Below, one piece after another: positions 13,231 to 26,507 of a stretch of 64,000 nucleotides of DNA. The notes under the pieces were generated by a model, which was not told where the DNA came from, ran no database searches, and saw only the letters and a list, made by a program, of their open reading frames with translations. The stretch comes from Epiperipatus broadwayi (lineage: Eukaryota > Animalia > Onychophora): the NCBI GenBank assembly GCA_028023455.1, contig JAQFVV010000006.1, positions 13,950,001 to 14,014,000 of the forward strand. Direction: 5' to 3'. Every line of letters begins with the position of its first letter. The stretch's first letter is position 1. The translations under genes and the position numbers were made by a program.

Positions 13231-13583
13231 ATAAGCCCGCTAAAAGAAAGAAAAATTTTGAGACTCTTGAAAAAATTTAATTTAATCCAGATTTGAACTC
13301 AAGATATGGTAAAAAAATGTTATCTTTGCGCCATAAAGCTCTTCAAGCAATATAAACAATATGGGCAAAAGCCTATCTAGATTTCATCAAAGAAGAAGAA
13401 TAAAGATAATACCAAACTATTCAAATAATGAATGGTTTGAAGTTTTAGCAATTTCTTTTCCTGTTTTACCCTTTAGCTATGGATCAATTATCTAAAAGAA
13501 AATTATAAATTTGCTTAAAATTCTCAGTTATTTGGAAATTCCAAATTTCACTGCGATTACAACCAAAATAACATAACATATTG

Positions 13584-13797
13584 AATGCTTACATTGTTTG
13601 GGAAAAAATAAAAATATGGATTAAAGACATGGACATATGTTATATAGTAAGAATGCATTCAAGACTGGGCTAATATATATAAAGCAATACAATGCTTACC
13701 TTGTTTGGGAAAGAATACAAATATGGATTAAAGACATGGACATATGTTATATAGTAGGAATGCATTCAAGACAGTGCTAATATATATGAAGCAATAT
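13584..13797. repeat. Tandem duplication, 2 x 107 bp
   Basis: AATGCTTAC.TTGTTTGGGAAA...GGATTAAAGACATGGACATATG...GCATTCAAGAC at 13584 and 13691. Confidence 0.9.
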
Positions 13798-16419
13798 ATA
13801 TATATCGTAACAAAGATATCAATTCAATTTATAAGAATCATTTTATCAAAAGTCATTTATTAGTAATTGTTGTCTTTAAATAACCTCCCTAACAATTACT
13901 AATGTACACTTTTCTGTAAAAAAACAATATATTTTTTTATGGATATATTAAAATATATACATATGTTGGATTGCATTCAAGTATTTCATGGAGTAGTACA
14001 CCTGTCCATCATGCCTATGGCCTGCGCTCTAATTTGGGCTGAGTAAACAATTTTTCCAACAGGTTCAGGATTCTTCTCTCCGGAAACTTGATATCCATCC
14101 AATATTGGTTAGTAAATGAGTATCTAACTCTTAGCTACAGAATAAAACAAGAATCCAAAAACAACCAGTAAATGAGTTTCTAACTATTTTTAGTTAGATG
14201 ATAAAATAAGAATAGATAACCATTCAGTAAATGAGTATTCAGATATTTTTTAGTTCGGATAAAAAAAAGAAAACAAGGTTGAAAATTCTAGTATTCACCA
14301 TCACTACTGATAAGCAGCGAGCGAGTACTGTCTTTTTAATTACTCCCCTATTAGGAACGTTTGGAGAAGCTTTTACTTTGTAGTGGACTGATTATAGTAG
14401 GTATACTTATATTAAAGATTACAGTATACCTATTCATTTTTATTAAAGCATGACCAACTTTTCAAACTCCATTTTAACACTTTTCCTAATCTTATCCTGT
14501 CTTAAAGATTTTTCAAGCAATCCTTTGGATGCTATTTCTTTTAAACTTATAGTCACCCAACAGGTAAAAAATATAACCCCTCCCCCCGAAATGAATTTCG
14601 ATGGCTCTGACAGTTGGTGCATGACATCACATCGCATTTCACTATTCTATTGGTATTGTTTTTTCTATTTATCTAATCAAGTATACATTTGTGTTTAAAA
14701 AATGTAATACTTTTCAAATCTCGTGAAGTAATTTGAAATAGACATTATCTACTACAATGATACAGAGACTTAAGCATTGTTACGTGATGACTTGGACCAG
14801 GTGATAAAGATACGGCAAATGGAACAGGGGGTTCATTTGTACGTTTCCTAGTTTATAACGTTATGTTTAAAAGAAGTAATGAAAGAGTTTATGTTAAATG
14901 TATGTACGTTTGGTGATAGAGTTACACTTTAATTAACAATAAATATTTGAATGTACGTTACAACTTAAAAAATAAAATCTCAAGTGTCTTCGCCCACATG
15001 TGAATAACTTTAAGATTTAAATCCATTAGAAATTAAATTTATCATAATTGCCCTTTTGTTTTTTAAAATCGCAGCGAGAAAGGGTTGCTATTGTATCAAT
15101 TTTTCCCCTCGATTTCTTATGAGTGACTAATCTCGATAGAATTTTTTTTCTTTTAAAATCTCAGTTTCAAAATGGAATGCAACCTTCAACCTACTGCAGG
15201 AAATTGGTACAAAAAGGAATGCTGTTTTGGTGCAAATCAACAACAAAAAAAGTCTCATACAATAAGACACTAAGTTTCTATATTAATGGTGCATTGTTAT
15301 ATTTTTGGAACCAAAGGGAACAATTTGTACACGAAAAGTAAAATTCGGCTTTTTAAATAAACAAACCAGACAAACACTTTTCTAGTACAGTATACAGAGT
15401 GAAATATAATTATATGTGCGTGAAAGTTATGTCGAAAAATGAAAGTACGATGTAATAACGAGTGTGAGCGCGCGTGTAATAATTACGAAAAAAATGACTT
15501 ACCTTGAAATCTTATTTTGTAAACTCTCTAGAGAAAACCACAAATACGTACACCTGTAATCAATTCACGTAAAGTTTTAAAAATCCTATAGGTGTTATTA
15601 ATTATTCTCCAAGTAATAACATGATTATTTTACCAATATCTAAAATTTAAAATAAAAAATTAAGTTTTAGAAATAATAAATCATTTTCCAAATACATATC
15701 TATAGCATATAGTGAGTGGAACGGTTATTACCAAATCTTACTATTTCACCTGCTATTAAAACATCCACGCCACATTTTTACACATGTTTGATTTGGTGCA
15801 ATCCAAATCTGAAAGGGGTGAAAGGTTGGTTCAATCTATTGCAGGAACAAAGGCATATATAAAAAAAATAGTGATAGTTTTCTGGATACAAATAAAAAAT
15901 CGCTGTAAAACAAAGATGGCATATATATTATATACACAAAAAATCGTTTTTAATATAATTGCAATCTATTGTGTGAGTTACGTAATTATTTCAAATTTTT
16001 TTTAAAAAAATCCAAACTATTTTTAGACTTGAAAATTCACACTTTTAATTAATCACAAGCAAATATTTCCAATCAGAAATTCCAAGCAGTTCTTATATCA
16101 TACTAATAGCTAAATGCGGAAGTAAAGATATTAGGTAAACAAATAACAATTCTTGAGAACACGTGGACTTTTAATACGAAGTCTGATCAAAATATATAAA
16201 AAAGATCGCAATCGCTTGAACTAATTAATGAAATGCTTTCACTTAAATAATGAGTAATATTTCTCCAGTGTACTTTTGACTACACCACTAAGTAAGTCAT
16301 TTGTGTCAAAGTTGTGAGGGCAGTAATTTGGACACATCAATTCAACTGTAGAAATTGGCTATCTATATATAGATATACAGAACAATAATAAAGATATGTC
16401 TAAGGCGTAGTGATCTGGG

Positions 16420-16461
16420 CCAACTGATGAGTGCTGGTTCAGCACGAAATATGCATCTTGG
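16420..16461 (+). ncRNA. Minimal type I hammerhead ribozyme (fully canonical, family C)
   Basis: CCAA-CTGATGA-GTGCTG gtt CAGCAC-GAAA-TATGCA-TC/TTGG: 6-bp stem II with G10.1-C11.1, palindrome ATGCAT in stem III, AUC site. Confidence 0.88.
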
Positions 16462-16576
16462 GAATCGCACACCTTTTCCACATACCTTTGATCATATGTT
16501 TATGATTATATCTCTCCAAAAGGTGTTAAATGCTAATAGAAGCCAGTGCATATCTTGTGTGTGTGGTGGAGTGAAA

Positions 16577-17560
16577 TCATCATCGTCAACAATTATCAAT
16601 CTACTGCAGGATGAAAGTCTCTCCAAATTCAATCCATCTCTGATCTCTAGTCTCTCTTATCCACATCATTGCTGCACACTTTTTTATTTCATCCATCCAT
16701 CTCACATGTGGTCTATTTCTAGGTCTTTTACGATCTCTTGGAATCCATTTTAAGATTTCAATTGACCATCTATTATCATCTCTTCTAACAATATGTATAG
16801 CCCAACTCCACTTCAGTCTTTTAATTCTTTCAACAATATCAGTAACAGTCGTTTATTCTCTTAACCATATATTGCATTTTTGATTTCTTCTTGTTACTCC
16901 TAACAAGCATCTCTTTATACTTCTTTGAGTGGTCTGAAGTCTCAGTATTACTCTTCTATTAAGTGTCTCAAGTCTCAGATCAGTAAGTAAGAACTGATAA
17001 AACACTTTTATTAAAAACCTTCCTTTTCAAACACATAGGCAAATTTCCTTTTAGTATTAAGTTATTTCTACCAAAAACACTCCAACCAAGTTTAATTTTA
17101 TGATTAATTTTATCCATTATGTTTCCATCTGCAATAATAATCTAACCAAGGTATTTGTAGCTGTTAACTTCTTCTAACTCATAATAATCAATCTTTATTT
17201 TCATTTTTTGAGAAAATGCATTGAACATTACTTTGGTCTTTTTAACATTTATCTTTAGTCCTACTTACTTACTTACATTTGATAACTCTTGGTACATTTC
17301 CTGAAGCTGTAAAGCATTATTTGCAAAAACAATTACATCATCTGCAAAATCTAAATGACTTAAATAATTTCCATTTACCTTTACTTCTTTAGCTTCCCAT
17401 TTTAATCCACAAAATACTTCTTATAGCACGGTGTAAAAAGTTTTGGAGATAGGGAATTACCTTGTTTTACACCTTCTCAATGTTAATTCACTAATTGGAT
17501 AATCTTCTGTCAAATGAATGACTAATAAATATTATTAATATGCTTTCACATAACATGTTT
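16577..17560 (-). mobile_element. RTE-clade LINE, 5'-truncated and decayed (RT C-terminal half plus 3' end)
   Basis: Minus frames give RKGVKQGNSLSPKLFT, LSHLDFADDVIVFANN, KINVKKTKVM, YKYLG, KLGWS; (GAT)n-like tail; homologous to 32904 and 34378. Confidence 0.9.
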
Positions 17561-17699
17561 ATAGCAGTCGTGTGACATTCAAGCCCTAGTTGAGCTATAA
17601 CTCTTGAATGCATCCCAATACTATGCGTTAAAATTCTAGCATGGCTATGCTTTAATTATCTTGCTGTGCTGATGTGGCTAATTTGTTCAGCAAGTTAAG

Positions 17700-18925
17700 T
17701 TAAAGTTTATATATTTTTTCTGTGAATATTATTCTGCTACAAAGTGTTTGCATATTGTGTGAAGTTGGAGAGAAAATTGGGGTCAAGAGAGATAGATTTA
17801 ATTGGATTTGGAAAGAAGGGAATAATTTTGATAACTTGTAGAAAGTATTTCATTACGCTATTTTAAATGTAGAAAAATAATTAGTGTTGTATGTGTGCTA
17901 TTGCAAGGAGGCTTTATAACTAAGTTGTATGTAGGATTAGTTGAGTTTTAGTAAGTTTGATACTAAATAATTTTTTAATTTAAGGAAGAAAGTGATTTAT
18001 TTGAGAAAGAAGATAACGCTTTGAGGCCTAAGACTGGAAAATACGTGTTTATCGATGACCATTAAAAGAAAGTAAAGTTTTTTCTCTTTTTGCATAAAAG
18101 AGTTTGATGAGTAGGAGAGGAAGCATAAAATTAAATATAGAGTAGGTGACTTGAAAAATGAGGAATATGGATTCGTTTTATATCCCACAATGCATATATA
18201 ATAGTTAGAAAAAAATTAGGCATGCTGTAATAGAGTAGGTAATATGTGATGAAGTTTATCATCTGAAATGCTTAAATAAAACTAGGAATGATGTAACAGG
18301 TTTATGGCTATGTGGACATTGTGTAAATGTAATAAAAGAGGTGAAAAAGTGGTTTCTATGCATAGATAGTTTAAAGAGAAAGTCAGAAGAAATGAAGCAA
18401 AATGTAGTTGAGAAAGATAGAATAGAGTGTTTTTAGTGGAGTGATAAGAGATATGGATGAAAAAATAAATAGTGCAATGGAGATTATTAGCCAGAGAATA
18501 AGTAAGATAGAGGAAAAAAGAAAAAGGTTGTAGAAACAAAATTAAAATCGTTAGAGATGAAATATGAGCAGATAAAGGAATTATTGAATAGGAATGATAA
18601 GGAAGTAGATAAGGAAGTCCAGAAGGTGGAAGATAATGTTATGGATGAAATAGGGAAAGTAGATAAGGAAGTCCAGAAGGTGGAAGATAATGTTATGGAT
18701 GAAATAGGGAAAGTAAACTATGAGACAGTATTGATAGGAGATTCGCAAATTAGAGAATGTGGAGATATAATTGCAAAGGAAAATAAAAATAGATATGTAA
18801 TAATATGTCTACTTGGAGCTACAATTAGGGATATTACAAATAAGGTAAAGATAAAGTAAGGTGGCTAACAGGTTTCTCTGGGTATGGTGGATGAGAAATT
18901 CCTGATTCCGAATAAGGAGAAGTCA
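17700..18925 (+). mobile_element. LINE remnant with SGNH-esterase ORF1 joined to the element 3' end (CR1/L2- or RTEX-like)
   Basis: ORF 18557-18859 has a coiled-coil repeat then VLIGDSQIR...ICLLGATIRDIT; followed directly by TAAGGTGGCTAA.AGGTTTCTCTGGG, also seen after an ORF2 end at 26555-26650 (-); 5' boundary approximate. Confidence 0.65.
18557..18859 (+). pseudogene. LINE ORF1 fragment (SGNH/GDSL esterase block I), with 54-nt in-frame duplication
   Basis: KVDKEVQKVEDNVMDEIG twice; GDS motif; truncated after the PGA-like block. Confidence 0.7.
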
Positions 18926-19511
18926 CAGTGCATCGCATTGCACTGTTTTAAAATGGCTTAATCTAGTAAGAATCCATAATGATAACTATTAGATTTGAAG
19001 AATAATACTGTAGTGGCAAGTGATTATAAATTTTGAATTGAAAATAAAAAGACATTTTTAAAATGATTTTTTTTAAACGAAACCCATGTTATCTATATAT
19101 AAGAAACATTTATTTTATTTACATACTTCTATGACAAAAAGAGATATTTTCTGCAAAAGAATAATGAACAATGTTTCATCTTGCTTTTGTCATTGCAATT
19201 GATATTAAATACACTTGCAAAACAAACATTGTAAATAATGATAAAGTGGCTAATGAAATGTAACCCTAGGAATCATTGGCTCACATACTAGTACTCATTT
19301 TTATAGCATAAAGTGCTATTGATATTCAAATAATCACGGTAGTTTTAATGTTAACATATAATTTTTAGAAAATTCAAATATTTATTGCTTGACAATTTAG
19401 CATGTTCAAACTCGGAAGTAACAGTAATGGAAAATCATCCATAAATCATGATCCTAGAATCCTCCACTCTGCCACTACGTTAATCTACAATGACATTTTA
19501 ATTTTAAAGCC

Positions 19512-19705
19512 TTAAACATCACATGATCACCATTTCTCAGATCCAAACCTCCTCACTGATGAAAGCCACAAGATAGAAACTAATCTGGGGATATTGGATG
19601 AGTAGGCTCTAGATAAGGATTTTATGCACAAACCTTCTGGCATCCATTGATTACTGTGGCTTGCACTGGTGGCGCTACTGTATGGAGAGTTTAGCCTCTG
19701 TGACA
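19512..19705 (+). mobile_element. Family B element with HHR-like motif (19550-19591)
   Basis: TCCTCA-CTGATGA-AAGCCACAAGATA-GAAA-CTAA-TC/TGGGGA, then the family B right arm; left end AAACATCACATGATCACC. Confidence 0.7.
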
Positions 19706-20070
19706 TTTTATAGGAAAATTATAATTAAATGAAATATTTGTTAGATTTTATCCTAAGATGATTGAAATAACTTGGAAAAAATGAAAAATTATAGTAATCT
19801 TTAGAAAACTGATTTATAGCAAATTTGAGAATAGTTTTCATAGGAAAAACAAATGGATTTCATTTTTAAGTATAAAAAATAATTCAAAATCATTTAAAAC
19901 ACCAATATTGAATACTCTATCGGGACAAAATGGCTGGAAGTAGAATGTATGAAATGAAATGTTCTAGAAAAGCAAAATATTAAATAAAATGATAGACACT
20001 CATATACTATATGTAGAGATATCTGTGGTTCATGGATTATTTTGTATGGTCATGTAAAACTCATCTAGAA

Positions 20071-20134
<64 letters not shown>
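20071..20134. repeat. (ATT)n microsatellite
   Basis: Perfect TAT/ATT run. Confidence 0.98.
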
Positions 20135-20194
20135 GTTGTATTTTTACGTTTTTATTTTTATTTTCTCTAAATTATCAGGGCATTTGTTGTTAAT

Positions 20195-20467
20195 GGATGG
20201 ATGGATAAATAGATAGATAGAAAATAGGTAAGAAGATAGATAGGTAGATAAATAGAAATTAGGAAGAAGATAGATAGATATATAAATGATTGAATGGATG
20301 GATGGATAGATAGATGGATGAACAATTAGATAGATGAAAAGATAGATAAATAAAATAAAAATATGGAGATACATATGTAGATAGATAAAGATAGATAGAT
20401 GGATGGATGAATAGATGGATAAATAGATAAATAGAAATTAGGTAGACAGACAGACAGACAGACAGAC

Positions 20468-20551
<84 letters not shown>

Positions 20552-20600
20552 GATTGGATAGATAGAGAAATAGATAGGTAGAAAGATAGATAGAGAGAAA
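20195..20600. repeat. Compound (GATA)n/(GACA)n/(GGAT)n microsatellite
   Basis: Long perfect AGAT run ~20465-20550 with degenerate flanks. Confidence 0.97.
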
Positions 20601-22598
20601 TAGAGAAAGAGAGGAACAAGAATCATTATATATAAATAATTGAGATAGTAAAACATATGCATCATCTTAATAATTAGAACAAAACTGTTGTCTGATCAAG
20701 ACTAAAATATTTTGAATGCCAACATATTAATTGTAATTTTCTCTCTTTAGCTTGCATTGTCTTATAACTGTAGATATAGATATAGGCGCAAATTTTATAT
20801 TTACACTGTTTTTAAATTAAAAGTTACTTTATATTGCTATATAATTGTAATTTTAAATATATATATTAAAAAATTCTGACAGACTTTTTCAAATATATTG
20901 TTTTTAATCTTATGCAAAATATTCAAACATTACGGTTATTTACATTTTAATAACATCTTAATTTTTGAAGATTTTTTGTTGTGTGATGGCTATTGGGACT
21001 TAAGTTGTCAAAGCTTAATATTTTAAAGCTTATAATGGAAACAAGTACCACCTTATAGATTTTTTTCTCCATCTTTCATTGCATTATAGCCTTAGCCGTA
21101 GATTTATATGCTTTAGTAACATTTTTATGCTTTTTATCAGCAAGAAGTACTTTCCACCGTAATATGAATGAACCCTGTGTTGCGTACTATGTGCTGTTGT
21201 ACGTGATTGAAGATTATTTTGGTCGAAGTCTTCTCTTTGGGACTTTGTTTAACGACGCACTTTTGTGGTTACCTCATCCGGTGGTGATGATTAAATTATA
21301 TTCATATTAACAATTATATTCGTCAGGTTATGGAACATTAAAAAGCTGAAGACGGAATACATTTTATAATTGATTCCTTTCCGTTTTTAATTTTATGGGC
21401 AAAATGGATTTTATTTTTAAATTTCCTTGCTACATTTTTACATCGATTTCATTTTTATTTTAAAAGATTATAAGGGACTTTTTTAATAATTATTTATCAA
21501 ATTCAAGTATATATTTTTATCAGATTAAGTCCGTGTATTTACGTTAAAGAAAATAAAGGTGCCTTTTCCTTTATATAGTTCATGTTTTTTTTACTATACA
21601 TAAAATGTAGTAAATGTTTACTTGGACTTGTATTTATATGTTGAATTGTAAATGTCTTTAGAAAAACTTTAAAACCCTTTGCTTCGTTTGTGATTACGCT
21701 AATTAAAAAAAAAAAAGTTTATTCATCAAATGTCATAACCAAAAGACCGTTAAATATGAACTTTTTCGTGCGAACTATTTGATTAATTTTTAATCTAATC
21801 TAAATGTTTATCAAATAATTTGCTTCAAGATATGTTTCCAACTTAAACTCTTAATGAATACAATAATATTATATCTTATTTTCGGCATAACTTTTAATTA
21901 CATTTAAATTGATTTCCAATTTTACCTACAAATGTTTGCTAATTAATAGTTGAATGTAATTGGAAAATTTAAAATAAAGTTGTTGTTTTTTTTCTAAAGA
22001 TATCTAATATTAAATATTAGATGACGGAAATAGTCCAACATTTAACTAAAATGTTATCTTCACAAATCCCCAGTTCGCACTTTACCTTGAGTTGTGTGCG
22101 AAAAGCCTGTTATAAATGAAAATATAGGATTAAGATATATATATTTTCACTTGCTAAAAAAGGTGTCATAATAAATCTTTTTGGCAAGATTATATTCCTT
22201 TGTTCTGTTTTATTTATTTATCCCTGGTTAAATTCTAATTTAAGTTTTTCAAAATTATTGATATAATAGTTTTCCAAATATGCAAGGTCGTTAGTCATTC
22301 TGTCTCAAAATTATTATATTTTTAGCAGGTGTTTTTTAATCGTAGTTAGACTCATTATACTATGTATTAATATTTAAAGTGTTATCCTAAGGTTATGAAT
22401 GTCCGGAATTTTACAACTTGTAATTTTTTTTCTTTTTTCTTTTTAAAATGACTCCACAATAAATATTTTGAAATAAGGGGAAAAAAATTGGGCTATGCAA
22501 GATCTTTATTTTAACAATTATTTCTAATAAGAAAAAATATTAAAATATCTTTGAAACATTTGTTTCTTATTATTATATTGTTTTCTGCAGGTTTAAGA

Positions 22599-22697
22599 AC
22601 TGTCGAGAGGTCAACGACAGCTGCTTTACAAGCAGTTGTCCTGGGTTAGCGGGTTCGTGTCCCGGCTGATGCTATGACACATGAGGGGGGAAAAAAG
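22599..22697 (+). mobile_element. tRNA-Gly-derived SINE
   Basis: GAGAGGTCAACGACAGCTGCTTTACAAGCAGTTG...GCGGGTTCGTGTCCCGGCTGATGCTATGACA. Confidence 0.8.
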
Positions 22698-23087
22698 TAA
22701 ATATACTTAAAATTATATTAATTTTTTCCCAGGCATTAGTGAAGTTTGCCTATTTACTTTTATTATTTTAGGACTATTTATTTTTACAGTACTGTACTTA
22801 ATAATTGTGTACAAAGATCATAAGTTTTACTGTTAAAAAAAATATGGATAAATCTGCACACAGAATACACATACACAACAAAATGTGCTAATGCAAACTG
22901 TAATACTATATAAACAAATTACTTTTTCTTTTAAATTATTCCAAACAATAAATTTTAATAAGAAACGTTTTATAAATTTTATCATCACACTAAAATATAA
23001 TTAAGACACTAATTCAAGTGTCTACTAGTAAAAATGTTTTATTATGCAAATAAATTTTCCAGGTTGATTTTTGACAATGCAATAAAT

Positions 23088-24391
23088 GGTACTTTGGTAT
23101 TTGAGCTGCAACACGGAGCATGTATTCGACCTACTGTGCCTGTTCACATTCGTATCAATCCACCGATAACTTTGTAATCTTAGGATCTGACCCAAATAAC
23201 ATGTACATGGATCTTGTACATGACTTTTTTGACAAAAAAAAATGTGTACATGTATCTCGTACATGATATTTTGGCAAGATTTACAAAGTTAACGGGAGGT
23301 TGATACGAATGTGAAACAGGCACAGTAGGTCTAATACATGCTCCATGTGTAAAAGTAAAAACATAATAAACATATTTATCATTTTCAATAAGAAATGTAT
23401 GACTTTGAACAACATTCAAATATGTATGACTTGGACACTAACAATTTTTAAGAATGACATTTGAAATCAAAAAAAAAAAGTGATTTGCAATTTTAATGAA
23501 ATGACAGCATTACACAAAAAAATTGTTAGTTTAAATATGCACTCAACAAACAGTAAATGATTTTGCTTTTTAAATAACAGACATTCAAATATGTATGAGT
23601 TGGACAGTAATAACTTTTTAGAACGACATTTGAAAGCAAAAAAAAATAAGTGATTTGCGACCTTAATGAAATGACAGCATTACACAAAAAATTGCTAGTT
23701 TAAATATGCACAAAACAAATAGTAAATGATTTTTGGTTTTCAAATATTTATAAAAAGACATTAACTATACGTATGACTTCCATACTAACTACTTTTAAGA
23801 ATGATATTCGCAACCAAAAAAAAAATGTGATTTGCGATCTTAATGAAATGATGCATTATACAAAAAAATTGTTACTAAACATCAGTAAATGATTTTGGTT
23901 TTTAAATAATATATATAAAGACACATTAACTATACTCATACAATATTTATCGTGTAATATATAACAGGAATTGCCACCGTGAAACAAAACAATATTACCA
24001 CAGAAAATAGAAATCTCTACTAAAAATTTTCCCTCCAAAAATGTAACATGTGATTGTGAGTATGCTGGGATTTTCAACCACAATGCTAATAAATATTTTG
24101 TTTTTTATAAACAACTTAAACCAAATAAAAAGAACAAAAACCACAAAAAAAAAATTCATATTAATTATGAGACTTATTAAGTTTTTATCCTGGCAGAAAC
24201 ATTTCTTTTCTATCATTAAGTATGGCAGAAAGAAATCTGGACAATAACGGAAAGTGTTGAAGTATTACAAAAAAAAAATTGTGTTGATAAAGATAAAAAC
24301 ACATTTCCGTATGTATATTCACAAGGTTTATTTCCTTTCAATTTGACATCATCGTGACATCCCTACATTGCAGCTCTAATACCAAAGTACC
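23088..24391. mobile_element. Merlin-like non-autonomous element (1,304 bp) with internal hairpin and ~165-bp tandem repeats
   Basis: 24-bp TIR GGTACTTTGGTATT(T/A)GAGCTGCAA; perfect 8-bp TSD CAATAAAT (23080-23087, 24392-24399); internal palindrome ~23111-23348; three diverged units ~23410-23900. Confidence 0.85.
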
Positions 24392-24499
24392 CAATAAATA
24401 AATACATTTGTCAATACATTTACAAACAAAATTAGAAAAAAAAACTCTTAGTAAATACGAAGGGATACCCAAAAGTAACCAAAATCATTCTCTGAAAGA

Positions 24500-26280
24500 T
24501 AGGTGTTGCCTGCCTGGAGCTAGAATTAGGGGTTATAAATAAGATAAAGAAACAAGGGAGTAGAGATGTGTATGTTATGGTAGGGACAAATAATTTGCAT
24601 AGCTTCCAGAGAGAGTAATGGATGACTATATAGAATTGATTAGGAATTTGAGTAAGATTAAAGGAAGAGTAGGAATAGTTGGATTATTACCAAGATTTGG
24701 CAATAGATATATATTAGATAGGGCATGTCCAGATTGAAAAAGTTGTTTGAGAGGAATGATGTTATATTTGTGGATCTGTATGATTTTTTTATTAATAAGA
24801 GGGAGTTTTTGTCTTGCATTGGTGGTTGAGAGGTCAGCGTGACTGCCTTACAAGCAGTTGCCAGGGTTGCGAATTCACGTCCTGGACGATGCTATGACAC
24901 TAGAAAAAAAAATAAGAGGGAGTTATATAGTAAAGATGGATTACACTTAGCAAAACAAGGAAGTGAAGTATTAGGGGGTTTGATTTATAAAAAATATAGT
25001 TCGGGAAATTTATAAAGGGAGTGGGGTTTGAAATTGTAGTGTTATCAGAAAGAAGAATGGACAGGATGTAAGAAATAAACAAAGGTAGTGATTTAGATAT
25101 AAATGTAGATGTGGAGAGGAAAATGGGTCTATAAAATTAAGGGTAAGCAAGTTATTTATAAATGTAATGAAGAAGAAATAGTCAAAAGAATTTATAAAAT
25201 AGTTAGAAAAAAAGAAATTGTTAAAATTGGACATTTGAATATGCAAGATGATATGAGACCAGAGAAGTGACTGGAATTAAACAAAGCAGTTAAAAGATGA
25301 AGAGCTTGAGATACTAGCAGTAGTGGAAACACATCTAAGAGAAGAACCTATAATGAAAGACTTGGTATGGCAGAGTATAAATAGAAAAGAAAAAAAGGAG
25401 TGGTGGTATAGGAGTTATGTCAAAAAAATATTTAAATACTGTTAAATGTCAAGAACATTTGTGGTTTGAGATAAAGTTAGGAAGACAAGAATGGATGGTG
25501 ACTACAGTGTATATAGTCATTGGAGATAGTCAAATTATAATGGAGTGGAACAGTAGCATATATGAGTGCCTAGTTAAAATATACAGAATTTCAAAGACAA
25601 GTGAAAAAGAATAATGATTATAGGGGATATAAATGGACATATTAAAAAAATTGATGATATGGATAATAAGAATGGACAGCTTTTGAAAATTTTTTGTGAG
25701 AGTGAATTTGAGCATTGAAAATTTATCAAATATTTATGAGGGACAATACCCATGGTCTAGAAATAATATATTTCACACAATAGATTATGTATTAGGAGAG
25801 AAAGAGGGAATAATAAAGTACAGAAAATTAAAGTGTTTGATCATGAAAAGAGAGTATGTAATAGTAATCATAATTTCTTTATAATAGAAATCATTAGTAA
25901 TGTAATGGAAAATAGTAATAAAAGTAGAAAGGATAGTGAAAAATGTACATGGAGAATGAATGATAAGAATAAGTTAGAAGAATAAAAAATAAAAATAGAA
26001 AAAACCATGGAAGTTTATTGGGGATGAAAATAAGAACTGGTGGGATGAAGTAGACAATATTGCAAATAGGGGTTTTATATGAAAATATTCAGAAAAAAAT
26101 GAGAGTAAATGAGTAAAAGAGAGTAAAAAAGCATGGTGCTATTAAGAACTAAGAAAATGAAACAGATGTTAATGTTACATGGGAAAAGTATTTAAAAAAG
26201 AAGTTGGCTAAGATAGATCATTAAAGAGAGAGAACAAAATTAAATAGTAAATTGTTGGAAAGATATTCATAAAAGTGGAA
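24500..26280 (+). mobile_element. Decayed LINE: SGNH-esterase ORF1 end plus APE endonuclease of ORF2
   Basis: Frameshifted motifs CLPGA, VMVGTNN, IVGLLPR, FVDLYD; then LAVVETHL, GGIGV, IIGDINGH, NKNGQLL, YPWSRN, TIDYVL. Confidence 0.85.
24816..24912 (+). mobile_element. tRNA-Gly-derived SINE nested in LINE ORF1
   Basis: Starts GCATTGGTGG (tRNA-Gly 5' end); CTGCCTTACAAGCAGTTG...GATGCTATGACA plus A tail. Confidence 0.8.
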
Positions 26281-26409
26281 TTCAAGTATTACAACTATTT
26301 TCCTTTCCATTTTCTCTAACAGAAAATAAAATTTAACAGTTGTTCCAACTTTTCAGCCACTTCAAAAATAGATAAATAAGCAAAATGCACTTTTAAAAAA
26401 CATTTACTG

Positions 26410-26507
26410 GTCACGTGTTGGTGGCCTAGCGGTTAGCATAGCTGTCTTCCATGCAGCTGGCCTGGGTTCGCTTCCGGTCAACGCATTTGACATATGGAAA
26501 AAAATAT
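26410..26507 (+). mobile_element. tRNA-Gly(TCC)-like SINE or retro-pseudogene with 13-bp TSD
   Basis: 26415-26485 GTGTTGGTGGCCTAGCGGTTAGCATAGCTGTCTTCCATGCAGCTGGCCTGGGTTCGCTTCCGGTCAACGCA folds as a cloverleaf with TCC anticodon but a damaged T-arm; tail TTTGACATATGGAAAAAAA; TSD AAAACATTTACTG at 26397-26409 and 26508-26520. Confidence 0.85.

Noticed and set aside
15495-15560. Minus-strand donor AG|GTAAGT near 15503 in a CpG-rich region
   Set aside because: A plausible non-coding first exon, but no partner exon or ORF was found, so it is not called.
20144-20665. ORFs with repeated IYLS/SIYL
   Set aside because: They are translations of the (GATA)n microsatellite.
23410-23900. Possible CRISPR-like spaced repeats
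   Set aside because: These are contiguous diverged ~165-bp tandem units without unique spacers, in eukaryotic DNA with no cas genes.
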